This document shows positions 26,122 to 37,150 of a stretch of DNA of 59,943 nucleotides, piece after piece. The stretch spans positions 42,041 through 101,983 of the forward strand of contig NW_015174376.1 of assembly GCF_001447785.1 (NCBI RefSeq), read 5' to 3'. The notes beneath the pieces are model-generated. The model saw nothing but the letters and a program-made list of their open reading frames with translations, was not told where the DNA came from and did no database searches. This DNA comes from Gekko japonicus. Lineage: Eukaryota. Positions within the stretch are counted from its first letter, which is position 1. Every line of letters begins with the position of its first letter. A program made the translations under genes and the position numbers.

Positions 26122-26874
26122 GTCCTCTGTCCAAAGCACCATTTTCTCCAGGAGATGGTTTATATGGAGATGATTTATAATTCTTGGAGCAGTCCAGGTC
26201 CCATCTGGAAGTTGACAAACCTATGACAAATCAGTGCTTGGTCAACTGAATATAAAGAATGAGACAGGCACTCCAAAGCATGCTGTGGTTCCAGTGCTAG
26301 GCATGGTGCTTGCACAGCTGCAGGAAACCATCAGCAGCCAGTGGAAAATCAGAGTGTTTGTGTGTGCAGAGCAGAGACCAGGAAGTGTTCAGTTAAGAAG
26401 ACTGACTGTCTTAAGAAGGGGAGAGCAAAAGCTTGTGGTTTTGTTTTGTTAAAGCCACTTTTTAAAGAGAAAAAGATAAGAGGAATTATTAATTTTGAGA
26501 TTGACTTCTATGGCAAGGGAGGGAGGTAGTAACAGATCATGGGTTTATGAGTCTCTCCTGGGGAACAAGGGGAGAGAAGATGCACTTTTCACACATCATC
26601 AAGTAAGGCTTTGCACCAATTCTATGTTATTTCGATGTACAATTACCAAGATGCAAGTATTGATGTTTACATATATATTATATTATTTATAAGCTTATAG
26701 ACTCTTGGTTAGAAGAAGACGTTTGTCGAAACGGCATCGCATTCCGGAGACCACCGTCCCGTCATTGTCATCTTCTATCTTTATGTATCTGAATTTACAA
26801 TTTGAATGTATTACTATTACTTTTGTACATGTCATATTTACAACTTCACAGTTTTTGTTAAAGAAATATTGAGC

Positions 26875-27387
26875 GAGACCTCAATATTTACTCCAGAGGT
26901 CTTGCTGTTGAATATATTTCCAAATGATTATGAAAAAAAGAATAGGTATTTGACTGTTTATATGATGACAGCTGCAAGAATCTTATATGCCAAGTATTGG
27001 AAAACTGTGGTGATACCAACGAAACAGGAGTTTGTGAATAAACTTTTTGAAACAGCAGAAAATGATAAACTGACTTTAGAAATGAGACTAAGCAAAGAGT
27101 GGACATTTCAAAAAACATGGAAAATGTTTTATGATTGGTATAATGTAAATATAATAGAAGATTAGGCAATTATAGCACAATGGACTTGGGAACACAGAAG
27201 ACAGAATAATGGAAAGTGTCTGATAGAGCATTTTTATTAATTAATTGGATATAAGCATATAATGTAACTGTACTCTTGGTATATATGTTATGTGTAGTAG
27301 AGTGTCTGTAGTGTGTAGATTTGTTTGTTGTAGATTATAAAAGAAAAATTAATAAAAGTGTACCTTTGGGTACTTATAAACAAAAAG
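26875..27387 (+). mobile_element. L1 LINE 3' fragment
   Basis: ORF2 C-terminus PEVLLL...YMMTAARILYAKYWK...AENDKLT...W..FYDW; AATAAA and A-tail; perfect 15-bp TSD AAAGAAATATTGAGC (26860-26874 / 27388-27402) at a TT|AAAG site. Confidence 0.93.
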
Positions 27388-27967
27388 AAAGAAATATTGA
27401 GCACAAGTCTGTGAGCAGTTTTTATAATTCTGCTTCCAGACATTGTATTGCCTTCTGCAACACAAAAAGGCATTCATCTGAATAGTCCCCCTGAATATGC
27501 TGAATTAGCAGGAGCCTTATTGGCAGAAATTGTTGGAAGTAATATTAGAAACAAAGAAGAAAAAGATGAAGTGGTGCAAAGGAAAAGGAACCTTTCAAAA
27601 TCTTTTTAGTATCGTTCCCAAGGATACACTTGAACAGAACATGGGAACGATAGTAAAAAGAACCTAAAAGATTCCCCCTGACAAAGCTGCATGCGAAACG
27701 CATAGAGACTGTATAATTATTAAAGATTCCTTTTCCTTTGCACCATTTCATCTTTTTCTTCTTTGTTTGCCTTGGTGCGGCCACCTTTCTTCGGACTGGA
27801 AGTAATATTAACCATTAAATATGTTTCCTGATAACATAACGGGTAAAGAAAAAAACGGTTCATCAGCAAACACTGAGCTAATACATATAACCACTTCTCT
27901 GCATGGATAGGATTTTCTACCATGTGCTTGACTGCTTGTTGTGACTTTTTTCCTGATATGCATACTG

Positions 27968-28145
27968 ACCACCAGGCAGGGCTTGGAGTTCACCCAGCAG
28001 CACTGGAACAGAAATCAGTTCCCCTGAATGAAATGGCAGCTTCAGAAGGGATTCTACGGCATCACATTCTTGCTAAGATTCCACCCCTCCCTAGGCACCA
28101 CCCCCAAATCTCCAGGAGTTTCCCAAGCTCGAGTTGGCAGCCCTA
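27968..28145 (+). mobile_element. GTTGCCA-family MITE
   Basis: ...CCCCAAATCTCCAGGAGTTTCCCAAGCTCGAGTTGGCAGCCCTA. Confidence 0.7.
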
Positions 28146-28175
28146 GTCAAATTCTTTACCAAAGAGGACAAGGAG

Positions 28176-28348
28176 GAGATTGGATTTATACCCCGCCCTT
28201 CACTACCCAAAGGAATCTCAGAGCGGCTTACAGACACCGTGTGAGATAGGTGGAGCTGAGAGAGCTCTCCCAAGAACTGTCCTTGAGAGAACAGCTCTGA
28301 AAGAAGTTATGACTGACCCAAGGTCACACCAGCAGCTGCATGTGGAGG
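28176..28348 (-). mobile_element. Squam3-like SINE 3' part
   Basis: GATTGGATTTATACCCCGCCCTTCACT...GACCCAAGGTCACA is the reverse complement of the SINE body. Confidence 0.8.
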
Positions 28349-28917
28349 TTATTTGTATATTCTGTCTCATACCTCAGCCTAAAGGTTCCCAAGGCAGCTA
28401 ACAATAAGTTAGAAAGACACAGCAGAATCAAACCTCTAAACCTGACAATAAAATGCAACATAATATTCAGGAATCCAACACCATCTAACCTAGAGAGAGG
28501 GGATGCAGAGGTGAAAAAGAAATAAAACAATGGCCTAGACTCATAGTTATGTTTTTACCTGGGTGTGTACCAAATGAATAGTTGTAAGGAGATCATTCCA
28601 CATTTGGAGCATCACTACAGAGAAGGCTCTGCAGAAACTAAGGGAACACAGAGCAGGGCCCCCAGGAAAGACAACCCAAAGTGTTCTTATGTGCTTTGCA
28701 GTTTTTGTTAGTTATTGAATTTTCCTTTCTTCATAGGTCTGTTGATTTTTATTTATTTATTTTAGTTTACCGAGAAACAATACCCTATGAAGTTATTATT
28801 GGTTTTGATTTTGATTTGCTAAGTGAAACTTTTTGGGGAATCTCTTCATCATACCCCCTCTCCATTTCACAGAATTTGTGTGCTTCTGTGAATATGGCAC
28901 ACCATAGAAGCAACATG

Positions 28918-29177
28918 TTTTTGTAAAGACAAATCTATTTGAATAAAGAACACCGATAATATGAGCATATAGCAGGAAAAAAAGTGTTGTTTTTGGGTAG
29001 CATTAACACTTCCCTTATAATCTATGCTCTGAAAGACAAAAATAATCTATATTTTTTGTAAAAAAAAATTTATTTGAATAAAGAACACCGAAAACATGAG
29101 CATATAGCAGAAAAAAAGTTTTGTTTTTGGGTAGCATTAACACTTCCCTATGCTCTGAAAGACAAAAATAATCTATA
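28918..29177. repeat. Tandem duplication, ~130-bp unit
   Basis: TATTTGAATAAAGAACACCGA...CTCTGAAAGACAAAAATAATCTATAT twice. Confidence 0.9.
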
Positions 29178-29634
29178 TAAGATGTTAACAAGACACTGCA
29201 TGATAAGAGGAAGGTTGGTAAGGAAGCTGCTCATGGAAATATAACAAGAAAATGTAAGATAATATCAGTGCTCAGTTCCACGAAGCTTACTTTTGTAAAT
29301 TAACTAGGAATTCTAATTGCCAGTGAAAAAAATCCTGGAAAAGGAAATATTTGCATAACCATTTAAGTCAAGTCAAGAAAATGAAGTTGTTCCATGTAAA
29401 TAAAAAAATTGTCCCCAAAACTAGACCTTCTCTCTAAGGCAGTGGACCTTATACATGTGGAAGAGGGAAATGCCAGGACAAATGGCAAACTTATAGTCCT
29501 ATCTCTGAAGAAGCAGGGTATTAATATTGAGTCGAAGCCTACTGATGTACACACAAAATCAAGAACTAATGAGAAGGTTAGAAGTTCCTAAATACAAATT
29601 AAGTAGAGCAGCCTGCAGAGGAATTATGACTAAC

Positions 29635-30024
29635 CAGGGGTCATTTCCTGCAGGAGCGAACAGGAGCGGAGCTCCGGCAGTAAAGAGCCCAGGGGGCGGG
29701 CACATGCAACAAGCCCCGCAGCACTCAGTCAGAGCAACAAGCAGCCAGGTAAGCTGCAGAGCCACCCCGCCGCCACCCCCGGTCCAAAACAGTCCAGTGG
29801 CACCTTTAAGACCAAGTTTTATCCAGGTACAAGCTCTCCCTCCTCTGTGAGGACAGATCTGCATGTTCCCCCTCCCAATAGCTAGCAATCCAAAACAGTC
29901 CAGTGGAGCCTGAGCGGTGGGTGTTGCCTTCTGACACACTTCCAGTGATGTCAGGGGGTGTGGCATGTGCAAATAAGTTATGCTAATGAGCTCCTGCACC
30001 TCTTTTTCTACTAAATGACCCCTG
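29635..30024. mobile_element. hAT MITE
   Basis: Perfect 12-bp TIR CAGGGGTCATTT; perfect 8-bp TSD TGACTAAC (29627-29634 / 30025-30032). Confidence 0.93.
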
Positions 30025-30710
30025 TGACTAACAAGAGGAGTAAGAATTAGACATCTGCTGCTAGTGTTAAACCAGTTACTGAAACTATCCCTCACATTTG
30101 AAAAGGAAATTATAATGCGGGGGGGGGGGAGTAGTTACCAGACCGACAAAATAATTTTGCTAAAAATAAGGTTGGGGCCTGTTGCCTGCTACTGTACACA
30201 ATGCAGGTTTTGATCTTAATAACAGTTACTTCCCCAAGGTGAAGAATGAGCAGGCACTAAGATATGGAGAAATATTGGGATGAATTGTTTGGAAAAGCTG
30301 GTTAAGAACATAAAGCTGCACTTTTCTAATAATGCATAAAATACAATAAAACTGTATATCAAAAGAATCTGACTAGAAATCTTTAACTAGCTGCCAATTT
30401 GAGTAAATACCTGTGGTCGATCTCTCCCCATAAGGTTTCCAACTTACCAATTTTCCACCTGCATGACCAACTTTTCCCACTTCTGGGTGGTTGGTAGGTG
30501 AATTTTTTTCATATAATGGAGAGAATAGGAAATTGGCCAAAGGGATTTATGGTCTTGTGTCTTTAAGACCTTCACAGCCCCAGGCTTGCACCTATTTTTA
30601 TTAACTTTTCTTCAGCCCAGGTTTCTCTGTGCCTCAAAATAGACTTCTATAAACACTGCAGCTGTCTTTGGCTGCCTTTTCTGCTTCCATTTCCTTCCTT
30701 AGCTAAAGAG

Positions 30711-30742
30711 AGGGAGGGAGAGAGAGAGAGAGAGAGAGAGAG
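30711..30742. repeat. (AG)n microsatellite
   Basis: Direct read. Confidence 0.95.
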
Positions 30743-31746
30743 AACTGTGCACCCCATATTAATCAGGATTTTAATGTTGATTTTTGCTCTTTGACCCCAC
30801 AGTTCTGTCCCTGGGGATATGAGTCCATCTCTTTACCTGACTAATTCTTCCTCAGATGTGACTCTTGGGTAAGATCCACCACTTACCAGATTTGTGCATT
30901 CTAAATTGGCAATCCTAAATCAAATCAATGACAGATGAGTACTATAGTACTGAAATTGATAATAAGACTGATCAAAATGATTAGCATTCAATAAGTTTGT
31001 TAGATATTGTTCTAAACTCAGTGCACAGTTATTCTTAAAGAAACCAGAACAATGGGCCAATACAAATAACAATTTTCAAAGGAAGAAACAAATTGAAGGA
31101 TTGGTAAAACCATGATAACATTTTGTACTTAATCATCTGATTAAAAAATAAACTACAATGTCAAGAAAATCTCACCACTGCTTTAGACAGAATAAATCAG
31201 AATAAACTGCAGCTGAAGTTAAAGGTATAAATACTGATAGATGTGTGTTTTCTTGATTTGGTAGCTTTAAAAAGATATGGCTATAAAAATTGCACCAGGA
31301 TTAAAGGATCTGTTTTCTGGGACAACCCCCCCCCCCAAAGCAAATAAATAAATAATGATAGACTGAGGAGAAAATATTATTTTTCCAGCTCCCAGCCTCT
31401 GGGAAAGTGCTTCACCATCTAATGTATAGGACAGAGATATGGGGATTAAATGAGTTGGAACAACTGGGAATGCTACAAAACTCTTTTAAGATCTCCATCT
31501 GATGCTCTACCACTAACTCCCACAATTTATATTATAGAAAATGTTGGATTCATGCCTGTGAAGTTAAGCATGTGCATGCACAAATGCCATAAAATGGATG
31601 AGAACAGACTACCAAAAATGTTTGTCCCTTTCAACCAGGGAGCCTTGTGGACTATACTTCTATTTCTTAGTCATCAGTGCAAAACTATGAAACCTGGATG
31701 TCAGATATGGAAAAAAATATTAAAACAGGTTGAGGTTCCATCAGGT

Positions 31747-31747
<1 letters not shown>

Positions 31748-31782
<35 letters not shown>
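31748..31782. repeat. (CAT)n microsatellite
   Basis: Direct read; explains the poly-Ile in ORF 31450-31803. Confidence 0.95.
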
Positions 31783-32285
31783 TCTATATCTTTATTGTAC
31801 TAAAGTAAACCAGTCTCTTGATAATTATTTCATGATCTGACATCCTTTTGTTTGCACAAGGCCTTCTCAGCACTATATTTTCAAACAATGATCTCTACCT
31901 ATATTTTGAAGGCCAACCATAAAATATTGCTACAACAACATTTATGTATTAGTGAAGCCCAGACAACTGAATGTTTATAATTACATTATTCACAATGCTA
32001 CATATAGTTTGAGCCTAGGAAGAAGTTTATTAAGGATTTGATAATCTCTAGGCCAAATGTAGATTACTTTTGTCTAACTGGAAAACAGAGTTTCAAAATT
32101 TGTAGTGGCCATCCAGAAGGTGAGAAAAGGTTTGTTAAGCATGAAAGATTATAAAGATAGTCTTATGTGTGTTGTTCTGTCTACCATGTGAACAGCAGCA
32201 TCCTTTGGATGTGGCTTTTTATTTATTCTAATAATTTTTTCTCTTACAAAGTTTGATTCCAGTGGCACCTTTAGTTTTATTCAAG

Positions 32286-32323
32286 GTATGAGCTTTCGTG
32301 TGCATGCACACTTCCTCAGATAC
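32286..32323 (-). ncRNA. Minimal type I hammerhead ribozyme, intact core
   Basis: Minus strand gtat-CTGAGGA-a-gtgtgcatgcacac-GAAA-gcTC-atac: CUGANGA and GAAA boxes, stems I and II, palindromic AGCT in place of stem III. Confidence 0.8.
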
Positions 32324-32412
32324 ATTGAAATGGAAGGTTATTATACATTATATATACATTGATATATATATAGAGAGAGGGTGAACAGTAAATGAGCATA
32401 CTGCATAATGGC

Positions 32413-32867
32413 GGCTCCGATCACACGGGCTGGAAAATGCGGGGGGGGGAGAAGCGTGGCTGTTTGCCCCGGAGCAAAATAACGCGCGGCTGTGCAATCA
32501 GACATCCGGTTGAGGTACCTCGAGGTCCCGTGGTTAGGAGGGAGGTGCCAAACACACCACAGGCAAAGAAGCAGGGCAGCGCGGCAAACGGGGTTGTGGG
32601 GTTTTTTTTAACTGAAGTGTGCGCATGCTCCGTTGGGTGCTTGTGCACATCCCATGGAGACTCTGGGGGGACCTTTTTGCGAGGGGACATGGGTGGGCGC
32701 TGGATGTACCTCGGAGGTACTAGTTTTTTACCCCGCATCTTCGGCGGGAAGCCTCGGGTGAGCCACGGGAGCTCTACGCTTCCCAGATGTGGCGGTGTGA
32801 TCGTGCCCGGAAAATCCGCCTATCTTCCATCTCTGTAGCGTGGCTAATGCTCCGTGTGACCGCAGCC
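32413..32867. mobile_element. PIF/Harbinger-type MITE inserted in the Penelope copy
   Basis: 16-bp TIR GGCT(C/G)CG(A/G)TCACACGG; 3-bp TSD GGC (32410-32412 / 32868-32870); CpG-rich. Confidence 0.8.
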
Positions 32868-33602
32868 GGCGATGATTTAACAGATGCAAAAACTAAACAG
32901 TTATAACAAGTTAAGTTTGTTTGGATTTAATTATGGGGGAAACACAGTAAATATGTAAAAATTGGAGACTGATTGTTTAAAAGTATCCTTTTACTTTTGC
33001 TACACTCCACTTGTCTCCTCTCAAGCATGGAGGTAATTAATAGCAACCTTTTCTTTAAGGTGAGGTGAATGGTTGAGCAGTGTATGTCACCTCTGTCACC
33101 AGATCAGAGAAATTCAAATGCATTATATTACAATCACTATTCTAATATACTATTTAAAAAGAAATTCTCTAAAATACAGAGGAGGTATAGTGCCTCTTGG
33201 TCAGAATACATATGTAAAGACTCAATGAGTTTAGCATATGTAATGAGATAAGAAACCAATATCCCTGTTGAGTCCTGGAGGGGTTGTTCCAAGTGCTGTA
33301 ATAACTTTTAATTCAGCAATTTCCCTTTCCATTCTGTTCCTGAAGTTCCTTTGCAATAAAACAGCTACTTTGAGGTCATCCATTGATTGTCCTGGAAGGC
33401 TGAAGTGTTCTCCTACAGGTTTCTGAGTCCTGTGATTTCTGATGTCAGACATCAGGAATCTGACATTAGGAATAACAAGAAATATTGTTGTGGTTGTCTA
33501 GCAACCCCCCAAACTAGCCGCTGCAGAAGCCACTTGTTTCTTAAATGTAAAGGTACTGCTTGTATTATTTGGGGTTAACCCCCATTTTAATTTTTTTATT
33601 TA

Positions 33603-34016
33603 TAGGGATGAGCATGAGCCAACCCCTCCCCCCCAAAAAATAATCATGGATTTTGCCCTCTTTGTGTTGCATCTACCATCATGAACTTCCATGAATTTTT
33701 TAAGCAGTTCATGGATAGAGCAGAAAGCAGGGGGTTAAAGGAACATTCCTTTCCCCACAAAAGCTACAAAAACAGCTGAGTGGCAGGGAGCAGCCTGCTC
33801 CGTGCCATGCAATTGTTTTGAGCTGACTTTTGCAGTCCCTTTAAACTGTTTTGGGGATTTTTGCAAACCCCATTTAAAGGGATTGCAGTCCCTTTCAACA
33901 GGGCTTGTGGGGCCACAAACCATGAAGCAGTTTGGTTCACGAATGAACCTCCCAGTTAGATTCAGTTTGTGGTTTGGTCACAAACTGCATTTTTTCTGGG
34001 GTCATGCCCTTCCCTA
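33603..34016. mobile_element. hAT-like MITE (TAGGGATG family)
   Basis: TIR TAGGGATGAGCATGA / TCATGCCCTTCCCTA; 8-bp TSD TTTATTTA / TTTATTTT. Confidence 0.75.
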
Positions 34017-36124
34017 TTTATTTATTGCTTTTTTTAGGTTTTCAGATTTTTCTGCAAACCTGGGACTTTTCTCAGGCTTGTAGAAATAACTGTCTCATAT
34101 GTTCATGGCTCCAGTCTCTGGTCTTAAGTATCCATGGATAGGGGGTCATTTGAGTGTTAAATATATTGATTAACCTGCACAGGCCTGTGTGCAAAACTGT
34201 TCTGCTACAAAATCTCTGAAAATCAGCAGCTGAGAGGACAAATTGAAGGGCAGCACAGGCAGACAGAAGGGGAGAACTGAACCCTCCCCACACCCAAACT
34301 TTCACCCTCAAAAATGGAAAACAAAGCAGATTCCAGTGTGGTGAGAAAGGCTCAGCTCCCCCATCTTCTCCATCATGCTGTTCTTTAAATCATCCCCACC
34401 TTTGTAGGAAGTTAGTGAGATCCAGGCTCAGTGACAGTGCCATGAGTCCATGACATTGGCTGCCACAATAGTCCCATAACAGTACACATACCTTGGATTT
34501 GATCCTTTGGGGGGGGCGAGATATGGAAATCAGAAAAATCATGGACAAGTTTCTATTTATTAGCTTTTGCTATTATTATAATTCCACTGTATAAGTTATT
34601 CTTATGCACATAAAAAAAATTCCAGGTCAATTGCTAAGAAATTGTGAGAATTTTTACAACACAGAAAGAGATGGAGAAATGGAAGGTGTACACATGTAGA
34701 GAGCACAGATCCACTACACAGCTGAAACATGACTTCAGCACCTTAAAAGCCAGTTAGGTCTGGTTTTCAAATTCCTTATTTTCATCATTTCATCAGAATT
34801 ATGGAATTGACTAAAACAGATTGCAAGCACTGTTGAAACTAATTGTTTTCATTTAGAGATGTTGTCTTTGTGAATTAAGCAGATGAAATCTAGCAATGAG
34901 TTAATTTCAGTATGTCTACGTAAAAGACAAGATCTTTTCATTCAATGTATATATTTCCAAGTGTTCAATTTTTCATTTCAGACTCTAAGGCTACAAATTA
35001 CAGCTAAGCAAACATTTTACTATAATGTTTTGTCTGGTCTCACCAACCAGCGGCTATAAAGGAACTCATTTACAAAACATCAGGATATAGTGAAATTTAC
35101 CTTGTAATTAAATGGCCTGTAGCATTCAAGATGGAATTTTATCCATAATGAACCATTTCTTAAGCTGAAGGTAACTTTTTTTATTCTGATACATGAATCC
35201 AATATAAAACAGATTACATCTTGATGTACAATAATCTTTTCAGCACCGTTTTATTGTATCCATACATTTTAAAGGCAAAGCAAATTTAGAATGACATTTC
35301 TAATATATCTGATAAAGGATGCTATGGTTCCTTTGTATTACACCTGTAAATTTGCAGGCCAAGTTGATCCCTGAAACAACTGCAGTGCTTTCAAATTACA
35401 ACAGCATGTGCAATGACTATCCATCTCAAGGTGCCATTTCTTCATCTTGAACTGAGAAGCAAGATCAAGACTGGAAATAATTTTAATATTACAAGTTACA
35501 TCCGTAACATCTAGAACAACAACAATCCATAACAATAAGACAACAAATTCAATACATTGTTTCTGGTGGCAGTACGATGTTATTTCTGGGTTTTTCTGCT
35601 CATACAACTTATTTCTGCCTTTCATAGCACTTGATTCTCCAGCACAGGGGTTCCACACATCTTCCCTCTATTCACATTTTCCCAATTGCCATGTTAGTTT
35701 ATTTTCTTACAGATGTGCCTTAAAAGCAATGTTCCCTCTAAGCTCCACAGTGTTGTGAGCAGAAATTCTACCTCCTGAGCGAAAAAAGCAAGTAGCATTA
35801 AAGTTGTGAACGAGTCTACATTTTACTATTGTGTAAATTAGTTTTTTAGACAATTACTTCCATAACCTTGTAAAAAATCTCAGAATAAATTATTTTAAAT
35901 TATATTTTAACAATAATTTAAACATTATAAGAGAAAACAGAATCAAGTCAAATTTCACCAATCCGTTTCCACTCTATTGGTAGATCTGTATTCCAGGAAA
36001 CAGGTCTACCCACCCCAATCCACTATATTGGTAGAACTGGCTTCAAACTATCAAACTGAGTGGCTGGGAGAGGTTCCCAGGCCCGCTGGTAAAGATAAGT
36101 ATAGCCAGGTATTATTAGATTGGA

Positions 36125-36591
36125 GGCAGAAGACAAACACCTCAGGGAGGCCATACATGAATACCCACCACCTCAGCCAAAGGCCTGGTGAAACAGCTCC
36201 ATCTTACAGGCCCTGTGGAATTGAAGATCCCACAGAACCCTGATCTTAATAGGGAGCATGTTTCACCAGGCGGGGGCCAGGACAGAGGCAAGACAGACAT
36301 CCTTCAGGCCAGGGACCACCAGGAAATGTTGATCCATAGAGTGTGACACTCTTTGGTGCATATATGGGAAGAGGCAGTCCCTCAGATATGTTGGTCCCAG
36401 GTCGTGTAAGGCTTTAAAGGTTATTACCATCTTTATCACCTTTAAATGAATCTGGAACTCAACCGGTAACCAATGCAGTTGCTGGAGCACCTGCCGAACA
36501 TGAGCCCACACAGGCATCACTGTCAGCAAATGTGCTGCTGCATTTTGTACCAGCTGTAATTTCCAGGTCAGCCTCAAGGGTAAGACTGCAT
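36125..36591 (-). mobile_element. L2 LINE 3' half (its 5' part lies at 41410-41790)
   Basis: LPLRLTWKLQLVQNAAAHLL...LHWLPVEFQI..FKALHDLGPTYLRD. Confidence 0.88.
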
Positions 36592-37150
36592 CATATTAGT
36601 GGAGAAAATGCAGCAAGCTGTGAAATCAGCATTTAAAAATCTTATGGTCAAGCCTCAGAGTTCTTCTTTGGAGCTGGACAAAGAGAGGGAAACAGAGTTC
36701 TCTCAGCAGAGCTCTGAGGAGCAACAGGTTTTATATCAGGACGAAGTGTTAAAGGATATGTTATATATGGAGAATGAGGCGAGGAAGAGCAACCAAATGT
36801 GTAATGGGAAGAAACAGCAAGCTCTGCGGTAGAGCTGGAAGAAGTGAAAGGAGTCCCTCGGGACTTACCACATAAAAAAATGATTAAGTTGGATAAAAAG
36901 AAACCAAAAACATTGTGTCAAGAGAATCTATAAGGCCAACAAATATTTAAAGATGAGACTGCTGAAATACAGAAGGAAGAAACTAGAAATGAGGATTTAT
37001 AAACACAAAGCCAAGAAATTAGAAACGAAGATTTACAAATACAAAGCCAAACTAGGCTTGTGGAAATACAAACAGGAGAAGCTAGAAATAAAGATCCACG
37101 TGTATGAAGATGAAACACATCTGTACATGATAGTAAAAAAGGTGCAAAGG
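36592..37150 (+). mobile_element. Truncated, degraded copy of a short-ORF retroelement related to 40206-41409
   Basis: EKMQQAVKSAFK resembles VEIQQAVETAWK in the 40.6-kb ORF; A-rich; acidic region followed by a Lys-rich region with a 36-bp repeat. Confidence 0.5.

Larger units (their letters stand above)
32246..33480 (-). mobile_element. Penelope-like element 3' fragment (GIY-YIG ORF 33231-33452)
   Basis: SDIRNHRTQKPVGEHFSLPG...REIAE...PPGLNRDIGFLSHY, highly similar to 8021-8299; short inverted segment at 33445-33480. Confidence 0.88.
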
